This document shows positions 1 through 8,277 of a DNA stretch of 24,000 bases, in pieces. Positions within the stretch are counted from its first letter, which is position 1; each line of letters begins with the position of its first letter. The DNA comes from Candidatus Geocrenenecus huangii (GTDB lineage: Archaea; Thermoproteota; Nitrososphaeria_A; Caldarchaeales; Wolframiiraptoraceae): NCBI GenBank assembly GCA_023254095.1, contig JALNLM010000002.1:1-24000 (forward strand), read 5' to 3'. The notes under the pieces were generated by a model that did not search any database, was not told the origin of the DNA, and was given only the letters and a program-made list of their open reading frames with translations. The position numbers and the translations under genes were made by a program.

Positions 1-318
1 TCTAGGTTGAGAAGTTTTCTCAGATTCTTGAATATAGTTTAGAAGTTTTCATAGATTTAAAAAGGTCGACAAAATAGTAATACGACTTTATCATTTATTA
101 CCAGAAATAAGATAGAACCTAAACATCATCCACCGAACGTTAGAGAATTTTCAACATGAGAGAACATACCTATAAAGAAAAAGTCTTAGAGAAAGTGATT
201 TGAGGGCCGAATCACTTTGAGTTTTTAAATGATTTAATAATCCAAGAGTAGTTGTTAACGCAGACTTTAACAAAAAAGTAAAAGCAGGCTTTAACACTCT
301 GCAGAGAGAAGGAAAGTT

Positions 319-393
319 CGGGCCCGGGGGGACTCGAACCCCCGACCCCCGGCTTAGAAGGCCGATGCTCTATCCATGCTGAGCTACGGGCCC
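319..393 (-). tRNA. tRNA-Arg, anticodon TCT (UCU), no intron
   Basis: The reverse complement reads GGGCCCG TA GCTC AGCATGGATA GAGC A TCGGC CTTCTAA GCCGG GGGTC GGGGG TTCGAGT CCCCC CGGGCCC G. This is a full cloverleaf with a 7-bp acceptor, 4-bp D stem, 5-bp anticodon stem (one G.U) and 5-bp T stem. It is 75 nt with no encoded CCA. Confidence 0.9.
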
Positions 394-418
394 ACCCCAT
401 CAGTAAGCTGGCTATCTG

Positions 419-427
419 TATATTTTA
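419..427 (-). promoter_or_regulatory. TATA-like box upstream of tRNA-Arg
   Basis: The minus strand reads TAAAATATA, centred about 30 nt upstream of the mature tRNA 5' end (393). This fits archaeal TATA spacing with a short leader. Confidence 0.3.
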
Positions 428-933
428 GTATTACATTTTCTTAGTATTCTGAGGCTTAAAAACGGATGTAACGTCGCCACACCAAAGAAATGCAGTGGGG
501 ATTATTTAGAGCTTAACTTGTCCTCATGAAGAAATGATGATACTCACTTTATCAATGATCCCGGAGCACTCTGATTTTTGGGTTCTTCATCTTCTTGGAA
601 CTTATCTCAATATTGTATAAGCTTAGAAGATTTCTCACGGGAAAAAGCTTGAACCTGATAGTCTTTTGTACCGTCCTTATCTACACATTTATTCATTATT
701 TTCATCCCTGGTCTCCAGCTTTTCGAATGTCTGTTCATGATTCTTCACCAGTCTCACTTATTTGCATCCTGGAGGAAAGGTTCTACCGCTCATTCGGCGA
801 TGAATGTCCGAAGTAGTAGCATATGAGAAGAACAATAACTTAACCAACACCTTCTTTCCGCTTATTATTCTTTATAATATCGGTGAGTGCTCTCCTCTAC
901 TCAGAGCTTACAGTTCGAGAAAGTTGAATATTC

Positions 934-1463
934 CTAACACGACCAGAATGATGCCGGAGAGGATGGAAGGAAGTTTTTATTTAAATTCTTTATCCAGTTA
1001 GCTGCGAACATCGAGAAATATACTACAATAATGTTTTCTAGAACCACAGCGACAATTATGCACAAAAATGGGATTTCCAAAAACGGATAACCAACTCCTA
1101 CAGCCTCTTCATCAAGACTTCCTAGGATGCTGGTGGACAATATTACCCAAGAAGACGAAACATTCTTCATCGATTTAGACTGTTCATCCTAAAAAGCTTC
1201 TTTAATAATCCATACCCCTACTCTGCAGAAAACAATTAAAACCACTTAATTACTAAAAGATGTGACCCATCCGTAAATTACTAATCCCACTAACCAGCCT
1301 AACGAAGACAGCAACACAGTTGATATGGAGAATGCAACCGCCATTTTACCTGCGTAGACGATTCGTTTTTAAGGGGTTTTGCTTGGCACTATCAGGCATA
1401 GAGCAAGACCAAAATCATCTATTGATAATCCTAATGCCAGCAAAATAAGAGTCAAATATCCAT
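934..1463 (-). pseudogene. MntP/DUF204-like membrane protein (putative Mn efflux family), disrupted by several stops or frameshifts
   Basis: Minus-strand translation gives consecutive out-of-frame pieces: LTLILLALGLSIDDFGLAL..*, MAVAFSISTVLLSSLGWLVGLVIYGW..*, VVLIVFCRVGVWIIKEAF*, then the ORF 934-1170 (WVILSTSILGSLDEEAVGVGYPF...). The order and motifs (LSxDxF, LGW, SLDxxAVGVG) match the two-repeat MntP architecture as I remember it. Confidence 0.5.
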
Positions 1464-1612
1464 TAACGATGATACGTGGCCATTCTTAACAAACAGATTC
1501 TAACGCAGAATGGCATATAGCCTTATGTCCAATTTTAGAGTTAATTGATGTTAACAATATGTAACCATGATATATGTGCGTTATCTATCTATTGTTCGAC
1601 AATGTTGTTACT

Positions 1613-2413
1613 TCAAGTTGGTTTTATTATGAATCGACAGTGGGGATCTCCTTTTGATATACATTCAGTTTCTTTAGTTTGGAATTGTTTATCGAATGCT
1701 TTAGTAAACAACCCTGTAAGGTATCCTCTGAAGAAGTGGCTCGTAGTTTTTCTCTCAGCATCCTTGAATGGTAAGCATTCGAATAACTCATATACAGTTA
1801 TCGATGCTTGGAGGCTTTCTTTATCAAATTCATCTATTATAGGTATCCCCCAGCCTTTCGGGATACGTTCAGCAAGCGCGATCTTAATGGCGGAGAAACC
1901 GTCTACCCTGTACTTCTTCACTAGGTTCTCTATCTTATTTAACCCTGCACTTAACCCCATCTCATATAGTAAGACTGGGGCGCCGGAACCGAACGCTCTA
2001 TACAGTCTCTTAAACATGTTTGCGAAGGTTTCCACTCTGAAGATTATGCTTCTCTCCTCGAGAACGATCAATGGAAATAGGAAAGTATCGATTATTACGC
2101 CATCCAAGGCTTCACGGGAAAACTTTACATCGAGAACTAGCTCAGCTTCTCTAAGACGCGAAGCGACATCTTCTTCTGAAAGCTCTTTCCCAGTTAAGTC
2201 CACGAAGAATATCCATAAACCTTCTTCTTCTCTGGGGCTTGCAAAATGATGCCCAGACAGAATATTCAAATTAAGTTCTGAGAGTACTCTCGAAACAGAT
2301 GCCAATGCTCCTGGAACATTCCTAAGCTTGACTAAGAATTCTGCCAGTTTTCTTCCGGGAGAGTATACGCCGAGGACTAAGTCTCTTTCGTAGAATCTTT
2401 CTAAGGACTTCAT
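1613..2413 (-). CDS. ACT domain + V4R domain protein (predicted small-molecule-binding regulator)
   Basis: 266-aa ORF with an ATG start. The N-terminus is ACT-like (LVKLRNVPGALASVSRVLSELNLNILSG). The C-terminus is V4R-like, ending in the typical ECISKGDPHCRFIIKP Cys pair. Confidence 0.8.
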   Translation of the reverse strand: MKSLERFYERDLVLGVYSPGRKLAEFLVKLRNVPGALASVSRVLSELNLNILSGHHFASPREEEGLWIFFVDLTGKELSEEDVASRLREAELVLDVKFSREALDGVIIDTFLFPLIVLEERSIIFRVETFANMFKRLYRAFGSGAPVLLYEMGLSAGLNKIENLVKKYRVDGFSAIKIALAERIPKGWGIPIIDEFDKESLQASITVYELFECLPFKDAERKTTSHFFRGYLTGLFTKAFDKQFQTKETECISKGDPHCRFIIKPT

Positions 2414-2478
2414 GATACAACTATGCCTAATAAGATCTTAAAAAATTTTTCTGATCCAGACTCATAACGAAAGAGGTG

Positions 2479-3624
2479 TTAATACGTTCCAGACAACTTC
2501 AAAGTTTCTATAATGTGTTGTAAGTTCTTTTTAATATCATCGGTGATCTTGTCAAAGTCTCTTGACTCAACAACTTCTATCCCATAAATTCTCGCCAGCT
2601 TTCTTGCATTCTCATTTAGCTCTGGTGTAACAGCTAAAATGGCCTTCTTCACTCCAACATCTATAATCTTAGCATATAGCGCCAACACCATCATCTCATC
2701 CACTGGCTCATCCGATAGAGAAATCTCTACGATGATGTCCGGGCTATCCGTATATCTTACACCCTTCCAGAAAGCAATCAAGAATTCGTGCTCGACTCCA
2801 CTCTTACCTTTAACGATAGCTGGAGAACGAACATGTAAACCCAGCTTTACTCCTTCAACTATAATAGGTCTCAAATCCATTGTCAATTGTTCTATCAAGC
2901 TTCTACTAGATGGATTTACTCTATACCTATAAATATTCTTCAGGATTAGTTCTTCTTCTTTGAAGATGTGATTATTCTCACAACTATACCTCCTATCTGG
3001 AAAAGGTAGGAGAGACCCGCAGTCTAGACATCTGTAAACATTTTTCTGTCTCTTATAATCTACACCTAATGCTTTTAGCGATTTTCTACACTTCGGGCAT
3101 GTTAGCTGGCCGTTTCTTTGGAAATCTTTTTCAAAACCCACATAACCACACGTTAGATGTTCGAGGACTTGACCCTTCTTCAGATTGAATGATCCGCATA
3201 CAGGACAGACAGAATGCATCGAAAGCCTATGTGAATTACATACCGGGCATGTTGCGATGTTGCCTGAAACTTCTTTCACAAGGATCTCAGACCTGCTTAA
3301 ATCTTCTAAGGCGGATTCAGCCGCCTGCGGGGATAATCCAGTATCCTTGAGTGCTGGGTATTTAATCCCCTCAGCGTGAGTAAACTCAGACTCTATAACA
3401 TCTAGGTTTTCATCTTTTATTTTGTGAAGTAGCTTCTGGATATAGGTTCTTCCAGCGTAGCCCTTTACTTCTTCAATAGATAGACTTTTAGAACTTTCAG
3501 ATAAAGTGAAAACATGCCCGCAATCCATGCACTCATATGTGCCTCTATACCCTACAACATTACTGCCTCTGCATTTTACGCACTTGATGACGTCAGCCGA
3601 CATCCCTCTTATTCTCCAGAGCAT
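2479..3624 (-). CDS. Uncharacterised triple zinc-ribbon protein with a C-terminal alpha/beta domain
   Basis: 381-aa ORF with three complete 4-Cys ribbons: C15/C18/C32/C35, C126/C129/C140/C143 and C176/C179/C199/C202. A helical segment (res ~60-120) lies between ribbons 1 and 2. The C-terminal ~130 aa show an alternating strand/helix pattern (GVEHEFLIAF...DIIVEISLSD...KKAILAVTPEL). An alternative ATG start is at 3603. Confidence 0.75.
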   Translation of the reverse strand: MLWRIRGMSADVIKCVKCRGSNVVGYRGTYECMDCGHVFTLSESSKSLSIEEVKGYAGRTYIQKLLHKIKDENLDVIESEFTHAEGIKYPALKDTGLSPQAAESALEDLSRSEILVKEVSGNIATCPVCNSHRLSMHSVCPVCGSFNLKKGQVLEHLTCGYVGFEKDFQRNGQLTCPKCRKSLKALGVDYKRQKNVYRCLDCGSLLPFPDRRYSCENNHIFKEEELILKNIYRYRVNPSSRSLIEQLTMDLRPIIVEGVKLGLHVRSPAIVKGKSGVEHEFLIAFWKGVRYTDSPDIIVEISLSDEPVDEMMVLALYAKIIDVGVKKAILAVTPELNENARKLARIYGIEVVESRDFDKITDDIKKNLQHIIETLKLSGTY

Positions 3625-3756
3625 CTTCTTTTTTGGCTAATTAATAAATAAACTTTTACGCTGGTCATACGGGATCTAAATATGCTTTACATCTTATTAC
3701 CGTCAATCATCAACTTAGATTCTTCCTTGACCTGTGAGCAGGTAAAAAGCCGTAAG

Positions 3757-4851
3757 TCATGTTTTCTCTTTAAGTATCTTTTCTAGGATCTTCAAGAATC
3801 TATCATTGTGTTCTGGGAGAGATATCGTTACCCTAAGATATCGTTGAACCCAATTAAGCTCTATATGTCTGATAACTATTCCTTTCTCCATGAGCTTTTT
3901 ATGAAGTGTTTTTGCGTCACCTTCTAGTAACTCGAATAAGATGAAGTTAGCCTTAGAGGGATAGGCATAGATTCTAGGCAGAGTAGAGAGCAGTTCTTTG
4001 ACTCTTTCTCTCTCCTTAACTATTTTTCTTACATTTCTAGAAACAGTCTCGTAATCTCTTAAAGCTATCTTGGCTAACTCGATCGATGCTAAGCTTAAGC
4101 TATTCGGAGGTCTAGTTTTATTCAGCATCTTGATTGTCCCCTTCGAAGCTACTATATACCCTACTCTCGCACCCGCTAAGCCAAAAGCTTTAGATAATGT
4201 TCTAACAATGATCAAGTTATCATAGGTTTCAGTTAACTCTATGAATGTTTCGCCACAGTACTCATAATAGGCTTCGTCCACAACAACAGCTACGTCTGAT
4301 GCTTTATCAAGAATATTCAAGACATCGTCGTAGGAGGTTGTGTTCCCAGTTGGATTATTCGGACTACACAAGAAAATCAACCGCGTCTTATCATTTATAG
4401 AAGAAAGGATACCTTCTACATTGTCTGCAAAGTTCTTCTTCCTGGGAATACTCACTACCCTTCCTCCCTGAAGCTCTACAGACACCCTGAAGTAATCATA
4501 TGTTGGAGAAGAGATTATTGCTTCATTACCACAATCTATTAACGCTTTGACGATAACATCAATCGCTTCATCCGCCCCGTTCGTAGGGATTATCTTCTCA
4601 GGCTTAACATTGGTGTACCGAGATATCTCTCCAACCAACTCTCTATAGGTAGTATCGGGGTATCGGTTAAACCTCAATTTAGAAATTCTTGATCCAAGAC
4701 TGTTCAACCATTTCTGGGGTAAGTAAGGAGAAGTATTCAAGTCCATTCTGATAATTTGGTCAGGCCTAAGACCGTATTCTTCTACAATCATCCAGTCAGG
4801 TGTCTCGAAGCCATATGGTTTAAAATAATTAAGTAATTCTCTCACACGCAT
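3757..4851 (-). CDS. hisC: Histidinol-phosphate aminotransferase (class II PLP aminotransferase)
   Basis: 364 aa. Motifs are SPNNPTGN, DEAYYEY and the PLP-lysine motif TLSKAFGLAGARVGY. Confidence 0.85.
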   Translation of the reverse strand: MRVRELLNYFKPYGFETPDWMIVEEYGLRPDQIIRMDLNTSPYLPQKWLNSLGSRISKLRFNRYPDTTYRELVGEISRYTNVKPEKIIPTNGADEAIDVIVKALIDCGNEAIISSPTYDYFRVSVELQGGRVVSIPRKKNFADNVEGILSSINDKTRLIFLCSPNNPTGNTTSYDDVLNILDKASDVAVVVDEAYYEYCGETFIELTETYDNLIIVRTLSKAFGLAGARVGYIVASKGTIKMLNKTRPPNSLSLASIELAKIALRDYETVSRNVRKIVKERERVKELLSTLPRIYAYPSKANFILFELLEGDAKTLHKKLMEKGIVIRHIELNWVQRYLRVTISLPEHNDRFLKILEKILKEKT

Positions 4852-4915
4852 AGATAGAAGAATGTAGAACCTATTGTTAATCTTTTTTGCCTACCTAGTA
4901 AACCGATACTATAAC

Positions 4916-5440
4916 ATGTGGGAGACAAAAGAAAGCAAGATAATCTATAATGGTAAAGTTGTAAAACTGAGAATAGACTATCTTGGAGATGGGGAGAACA
5001 AGGTCAGAGAAGTTATCCAGCATCCAGGAGCAGTCGCGATCCTACCATTAATCTCGGAAGATAAGGTAATCCTAGTTAATCAATACAGATATCCGATAGG
5101 TAGATGGATACTGGAAGTCCCCGCGGGAACATTGAAGGAAGGAGAATCTCCAGAAGAATGCGCTTTAAGAGAACTGGAAGAAGAGGTAGGCTACAAAGCT
5201 AGAAGATTAAAGAAGATGTTGACGATCTATCCTTCTCCAGGCTATTCTACTGAAGTGATCCACATATATCTTGCGTCTGGATTGGAGAAGTCTACTCAGA
5301 GGCTGGAGGAAGATGAACAGATAACAATAGTTGAATTGGGGTTAGATGAAGCGATAAAGGAATTGTCTAGGAATGGCGAAGTAGATGGGAAAACCTTTAT
5401 CACGCTACTCTACTACAAATACGTCTATCGAAGATCCTGA
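4916..5440 (+). CDS. Nudix hydrolase, ADP-ribose pyrophosphatase-like
   Basis: Perfect Nudix box GTLKEGESPEECALRELEEEVGY (GX5EX7REUXEEXGU). I prefer the ATG at 4916 over the TTG at 4874 in the ORF track. Confidence 0.85.
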   Translation: MWETKESKIIYNGKVVKLRIDYLGDGENKVREVIQHPGAVAILPLISEDKVILVNQYRYPIGRWILEVPAGTLKEGESPEECALRELEEEVGYKARRLKKMLTIYPSPGYSTEVIHIYLASGLEKSTQRLEEDEQITIVELGLDEAIKELSRNGEVDGKTFITLLYYKYVYRRS

Positions 5441-6408
5441 ATTGGTGTAAAGTGTTGGTAGCCTCTTTTAGATAAACGTATATATTGGCTGCCCCACAGT
5501 ACTTCTATGACCCCCGGCTCATCTATCACGTAGCCGATCTCGATCAGTCTTCCACCAGCCTCTTCGATTTCTACGCGAGCTCTACTCCAAGATTCTCTAG
5601 GTATAGTTACAACTAGTTCATATTCCTCTCCACCATAAAATACTAAGTCCAATAAGTCCACCTCTACTTCTCTCGAATATTCTAATGCGAGAGGGTCGAT
5701 CGGTGGATTATTAATTCTAAAACCGACACTGCTCGCTTCAGAGATTAGGTGGAGAGATTCAGCTAAACCATCACTTGAATCTATCGAGGCAGAAGCATAC
5801 TCAGATAGTATACGTCCTTCTTTAACTCGTGCTATCGGGCGGGTCATCTTCTCGATAACCTTGCATGAAATAGGTTTCTTAACATTGTTTATCAATGCAT
5901 GGAGCCCTGCAGCTTCCACACCGAATAATCCTGTTACAGCAACTACGTCTCCAGGACTAGCACCGCTCCTCGAAACAATCTTCTTAGGCGCCTCCGCAAG
6001 ACAGATTACATCTATGATTACTTGGTCTCCAGCATTTGTATCCCCTCCAGCTACGACTCCACCATATAGTTCTACTGCTTCTAAGATCCCACTCCATAAT
6101 TCCTTGAAATGCTCTGTCTCCATCTCTGGGGGAAGTGCGAGAGATGTTAAGTACATGAGCGGTCTTCCTCCTTTAGAAGCAACGTCACTAGTTGTGCTTG
6201 TAATAGCTCTGTATCCAACGTCTCTCCACTTCATGCCTTCAGGTATATCTGTGTTCTGAACCATCATGTCAACCGAGACTAGGAGTCTACTTGAACAGGC
6301 AAGATCTATTGCGTCATCTCCTATGGGCAGAAATGTTTCTGGAAGCTTCTTTAGAGTGGAATTGATATAATTTACAATCCATTTCTCCCCAAGGTCTTTA
6401 AGCCTCAT
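5425..6408 (-). CDS. thiL: Thiamine-monophosphate kinase (AIR-synthase-related fold)
   Basis: Motifs are IGDDAIDL, GGDTN and IDSSDGLAESL. I prefer the ATG at 6408 (MRLKDLGEK...) because it forms an ATGA overlap with the stop of the upstream gene. The ORF track start is 6447. Confidence 0.8.
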   Translation of the reverse strand: MRLKDLGEKWIVNYINSTLKKLPETFLPIGDDAIDLACSSRLLVSVDMMVQNTDIPEGMKWRDVGYRAITSTTSDVASKGGRPLMYLTSLALPPEMETEHFKELWSGILEAVELYGGVVAGGDTNAGDQVIIDVICLAEAPKKIVSRSGASPGDVVAVTGLFGVEAAGLHALINNVKKPISCKVIEKMTRPIARVKEGRILSEYASASIDSSDGLAESLHLISEASSVGFRINNPPIDPLALEYSREVEVDLLDLVFYGGEEYELVVTIPRESWSRARVEIEEAGGRLIEIGYVIDEPGVIEVLWGSQYIRLSKRGYQHFTPIQDLR

Positions 6409-7145
6409 TGGTGAATCAACCTCGTGAGCATACTTCTCAAACACCATAAAGCGAAAGATATTATCTCCCCCCTCCCGAGCTTGGATCTTCCATGCATTCT
6501 AGGCTTGAAGATGAAGGGATACTCGCTTATCTTTGCCCCAGCTTTATGTAGAAAGTATAGTAATTCTACTTGGAAAACGTATCCAGAATGCAGTTTTGAA
6601 AGCTTATCCACCACTCGTTTCAAGATATCTAGCCTTATAATTCTATATCCAGATGTTAAATCTTTAACGTTGATGCCTGTAGATGCCCTGGCTAGAATGT
6701 TTGCACCCCTACTAATCATACTTCTAGTGAGGCTTCTCTCCCCCCATCTTCCTCCATGAATATATCTTGACGCGATTATCACATCGTATCCTCCTTTCTC
6801 GGCTAGAGAGACCATCTGTGGAAGAATCTCCGGGGGATGACTTCCATCAGCATCCATCTCGCAAACATACTTCGCCGTAACCATGTTGTCGAAAACATAC
6901 TTAAAGCCGTCAACATATGCTGACCCTAACCCGAGTTTTCCAGGTCTCTTCAAAACTCTAACCTTTCCAGTTTCTCTCCCCATTTGTTCTGCTACATCGG
7001 CCGTTCCATCGGGGCTTGAATCATCGACGACTAGTATGTATCCATCTATTCTGTTTTCTGCAAGTACCTGCAAGATGCTCGGTACTAACTTTCTAATGTT
7101 CTCAGCTTCGTTATATGTGGGCATAACGATTATAACCTCAGACAT
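6405..7145 (-). CDS. GT2 glycosyltransferase, dolichyl/polyprenyl-phosphate mannose (or glucose) synthase-like
   Basis: 246 aa. Motifs are VIIVMPTYNEAENI, VVDDSSPDGT and EMDADGSH (DxD), typical of the DPM1/GT2 family. Confidence 0.85.
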   Translation of the reverse strand: MSEVIIVMPTYNEAENIRKLVPSILQVLAENRIDGYILVVDDSSPDGTADVAEQMGRETGKVRVLKRPGKLGLGSAYVDGFKYVFDNMVTAKYVCEMDADGSHPPEILPQMVSLAEKGGYDVIIASRYIHGGRWGERSLTRSMISRGANILARASTGINVKDLTSGYRIIRLDILKRVVDKLSKLHSGYVFQVELLYFLHKAGAKISEYPFIFKPRMHGRSKLGRGEIISFALWCLRSMLTRLIHQ

Positions 7146-7282
7146 CCAATAGACAAGTCCAACAACTACAATAAAACTATCTCAACCATATATGGCTAAT
7201 CGATGCTGAAACGATATTAATGCCTGGCAGAGTTCCGGCTTGCTCTAAGCAATTGGGAGTCTTTATTCTAAGTTGGTAGATT

Positions 7283-7960
7283 CTAAAACGTTAGAAGTGA
7301 TGGTGCGTAATATATTGCAAGGGCTAGGACTGTGAATGATGTTAACGGGACCGTTATATTATCGTCAATTGGATGATACTCGAAGTGTTCTACTAGTGAT
7401 GCTAATGCACCTGCTATGACTCCTGCTATTCCAAGTATCGCTCCCATCGGTATGGATACCATGGCCATGGCCAGGTTCCCCCACCACGACTTCGTTCTCT
7501 TCTTGAATAGAGTATTTCTTACTAATCCTGTAACAGCATCACCTACCGACATAAATAATACTGGAAGTATACCTACCCAGTAATTGCCATTCGAGATCAC
7601 CCAGCCAACCGCTATTATCAACCCCCACATGATACAGAACGACACTTCATACATGTTCTTCTCAACTTGGAACCAGTACATCAACTTACCCGTCTTGTGA
7701 GGTATATACGTGAAGACTCCCAGCAAAAAAGCCATAACAAGTGGAAGGAGCGGAGTGGAGAAAACATACGGAATGATTACTGCTACAAGCCCCCCAGCTA
7801 GTATGTGGATGATCTTCCTATTATAGTAGACTGCAACATTCTCAGGAAGCCCTATCCCCCTCATGTATAGATATGTCTTCTTGGTCAGAAGAGTGACGAG
7901 GAAGACAACCCAAGCAAATAAGACCACAGTAACTCCTATCTCGAAAACGGATAACTGCAT
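7283..7960 (-). CDS. Polytopic membrane protein, polyprenol (dolichol/phytol) kinase-like, CTP-transferase-1 superfamily
   Basis: 225 aa with about 6-7 hydrophobic spans. The motifs NRKIIHILAGG and SVGDAVTGLVRN...KRTKSWWGNLAMA resemble the RKxxH and GDxxAxxxG...KSxEG signatures of dolichol/phytol kinases, recalled from memory. Confidence 0.55.
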   Translation of the reverse strand: MQLSVFEIGVTVVLFAWVVFLVTLLTKKTYLYMRGIGLPENVAVYYNRKIIHILAGGLVAVIIPYVFSTPLLPLVMAFLLGVFTYIPHKTGKLMYWFQVEKNMYEVSFCIMWGLIIAVGWVISNGNYWVGILPVLFMSVGDAVTGLVRNTLFKKRTKSWWGNLAMAMVSIPMGAILGIAGVIAGALASLVEHFEYHPIDDNITVPLTSFTVLALAIYYAPSLLTF

Positions 7961-8156
7961 AGACAGTAAAAGCCATATGAGAAATAAAAATCTTCTTGAA
8001 ATAATTCAGGCAACCGTAGAATAAATAAAGCTCAGAAATGAGGCTATAGGAAAAACCATAATATACGAGAACAGATTAAAATCTATATCAAAGAAGAATA
8101 ATCAATATATCGTATGTGTGCCCCGGTAGCTCAGCGGGTAGAGCGGCGGCCTCGTA

Positions 8157-8178
8157 TCAAAATTACAAAACTTGAGAA
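8157..8178 (+). other. Archaeal tRNA intron with a bulge-helix-bulge splice motif
   Basis: The 4-bp helix CTCG(8151-8154)/TGAG(8173-8176) is flanked by 3-nt bulges TA|T (8155-8157) and AA|A (8177-8179). Both splice sites fall after the second bulge nucleotide. Confidence 0.8.
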
Positions 8179-8214
8179 AGCCGCAGGTCGCGGGTTCAAA
8201 TCCCGCCCGGGGCT
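8179..8214 (+). repeat. Copy A of a direct repeat (exon 2 / 3' half of tRNA-Thr), possible att site
   Basis: 31/36 identical to 10626-10661 in the same orientation. The perfect 19-nt run is 8193-8211 = 10640-10658. Confidence 0.6.
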
Positions 8215-8277
8215 CTACATTATTCTACATTTATGGCAAGTGTGAGTGGGTTGAAAAATAGAGTGAGGTTATGGGGG

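Larger units (their letters stand above)
8120..8214 (+). tRNA. tRNA-Thr, anticodon CGT (CGU), with a 22-nt intron at the canonical 37/38 position
   Basis: GCCCCGG TA GCTC AGCGGGTA GAGC G GCGGC CTCGTA[intron]A GCCGC AGGTC GCGGG TTCAAAT CCCGC CCGGGGC T. All four stems are fully paired and the mature length is 73 nt. Confidence 0.9.

Noticed and set aside
1-60. Imperfect direct repeat GAGAAGTTTTCTCAGATT / TAGAAGTTTTCATAGATT at the window edge
   Set aside because: There are only two degenerate copies of AT-rich sequence, truncated by the window boundary, so they cannot be interpreted.
192-297. 9-bp hairpin AAAGTGATT/AATCACTTT (192-200/210-218) followed by a T-run, and the 12-mers GCAGACTTTAAC (260-271) / GCAGGCTTTAAC (284-295) downstream of tRNA-Arg
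   Set aside because: These are short AT-rich elements with no adjacent gene to terminate on the plus strand. They are plausible by chance at this base composition, so I noted them but do not call them features.
212-400. 62-aa minus-strand ORF from the ORF track
   Set aside because: It is the translation of tRNA-Arg (319-393, same strand) and its downstream flank, giving GC-rich, Gly/Pro-rich nonsense. The tRNA explains the region.
595-1001. ORFs 595-816 and 804-1001 (plus strand)
   Set aside because: They have no motifs and hydrophobic low-complexity translations. They lie in a region with frequent stops in all frames, next to a pseudogene, so they are probably chance ORFs.
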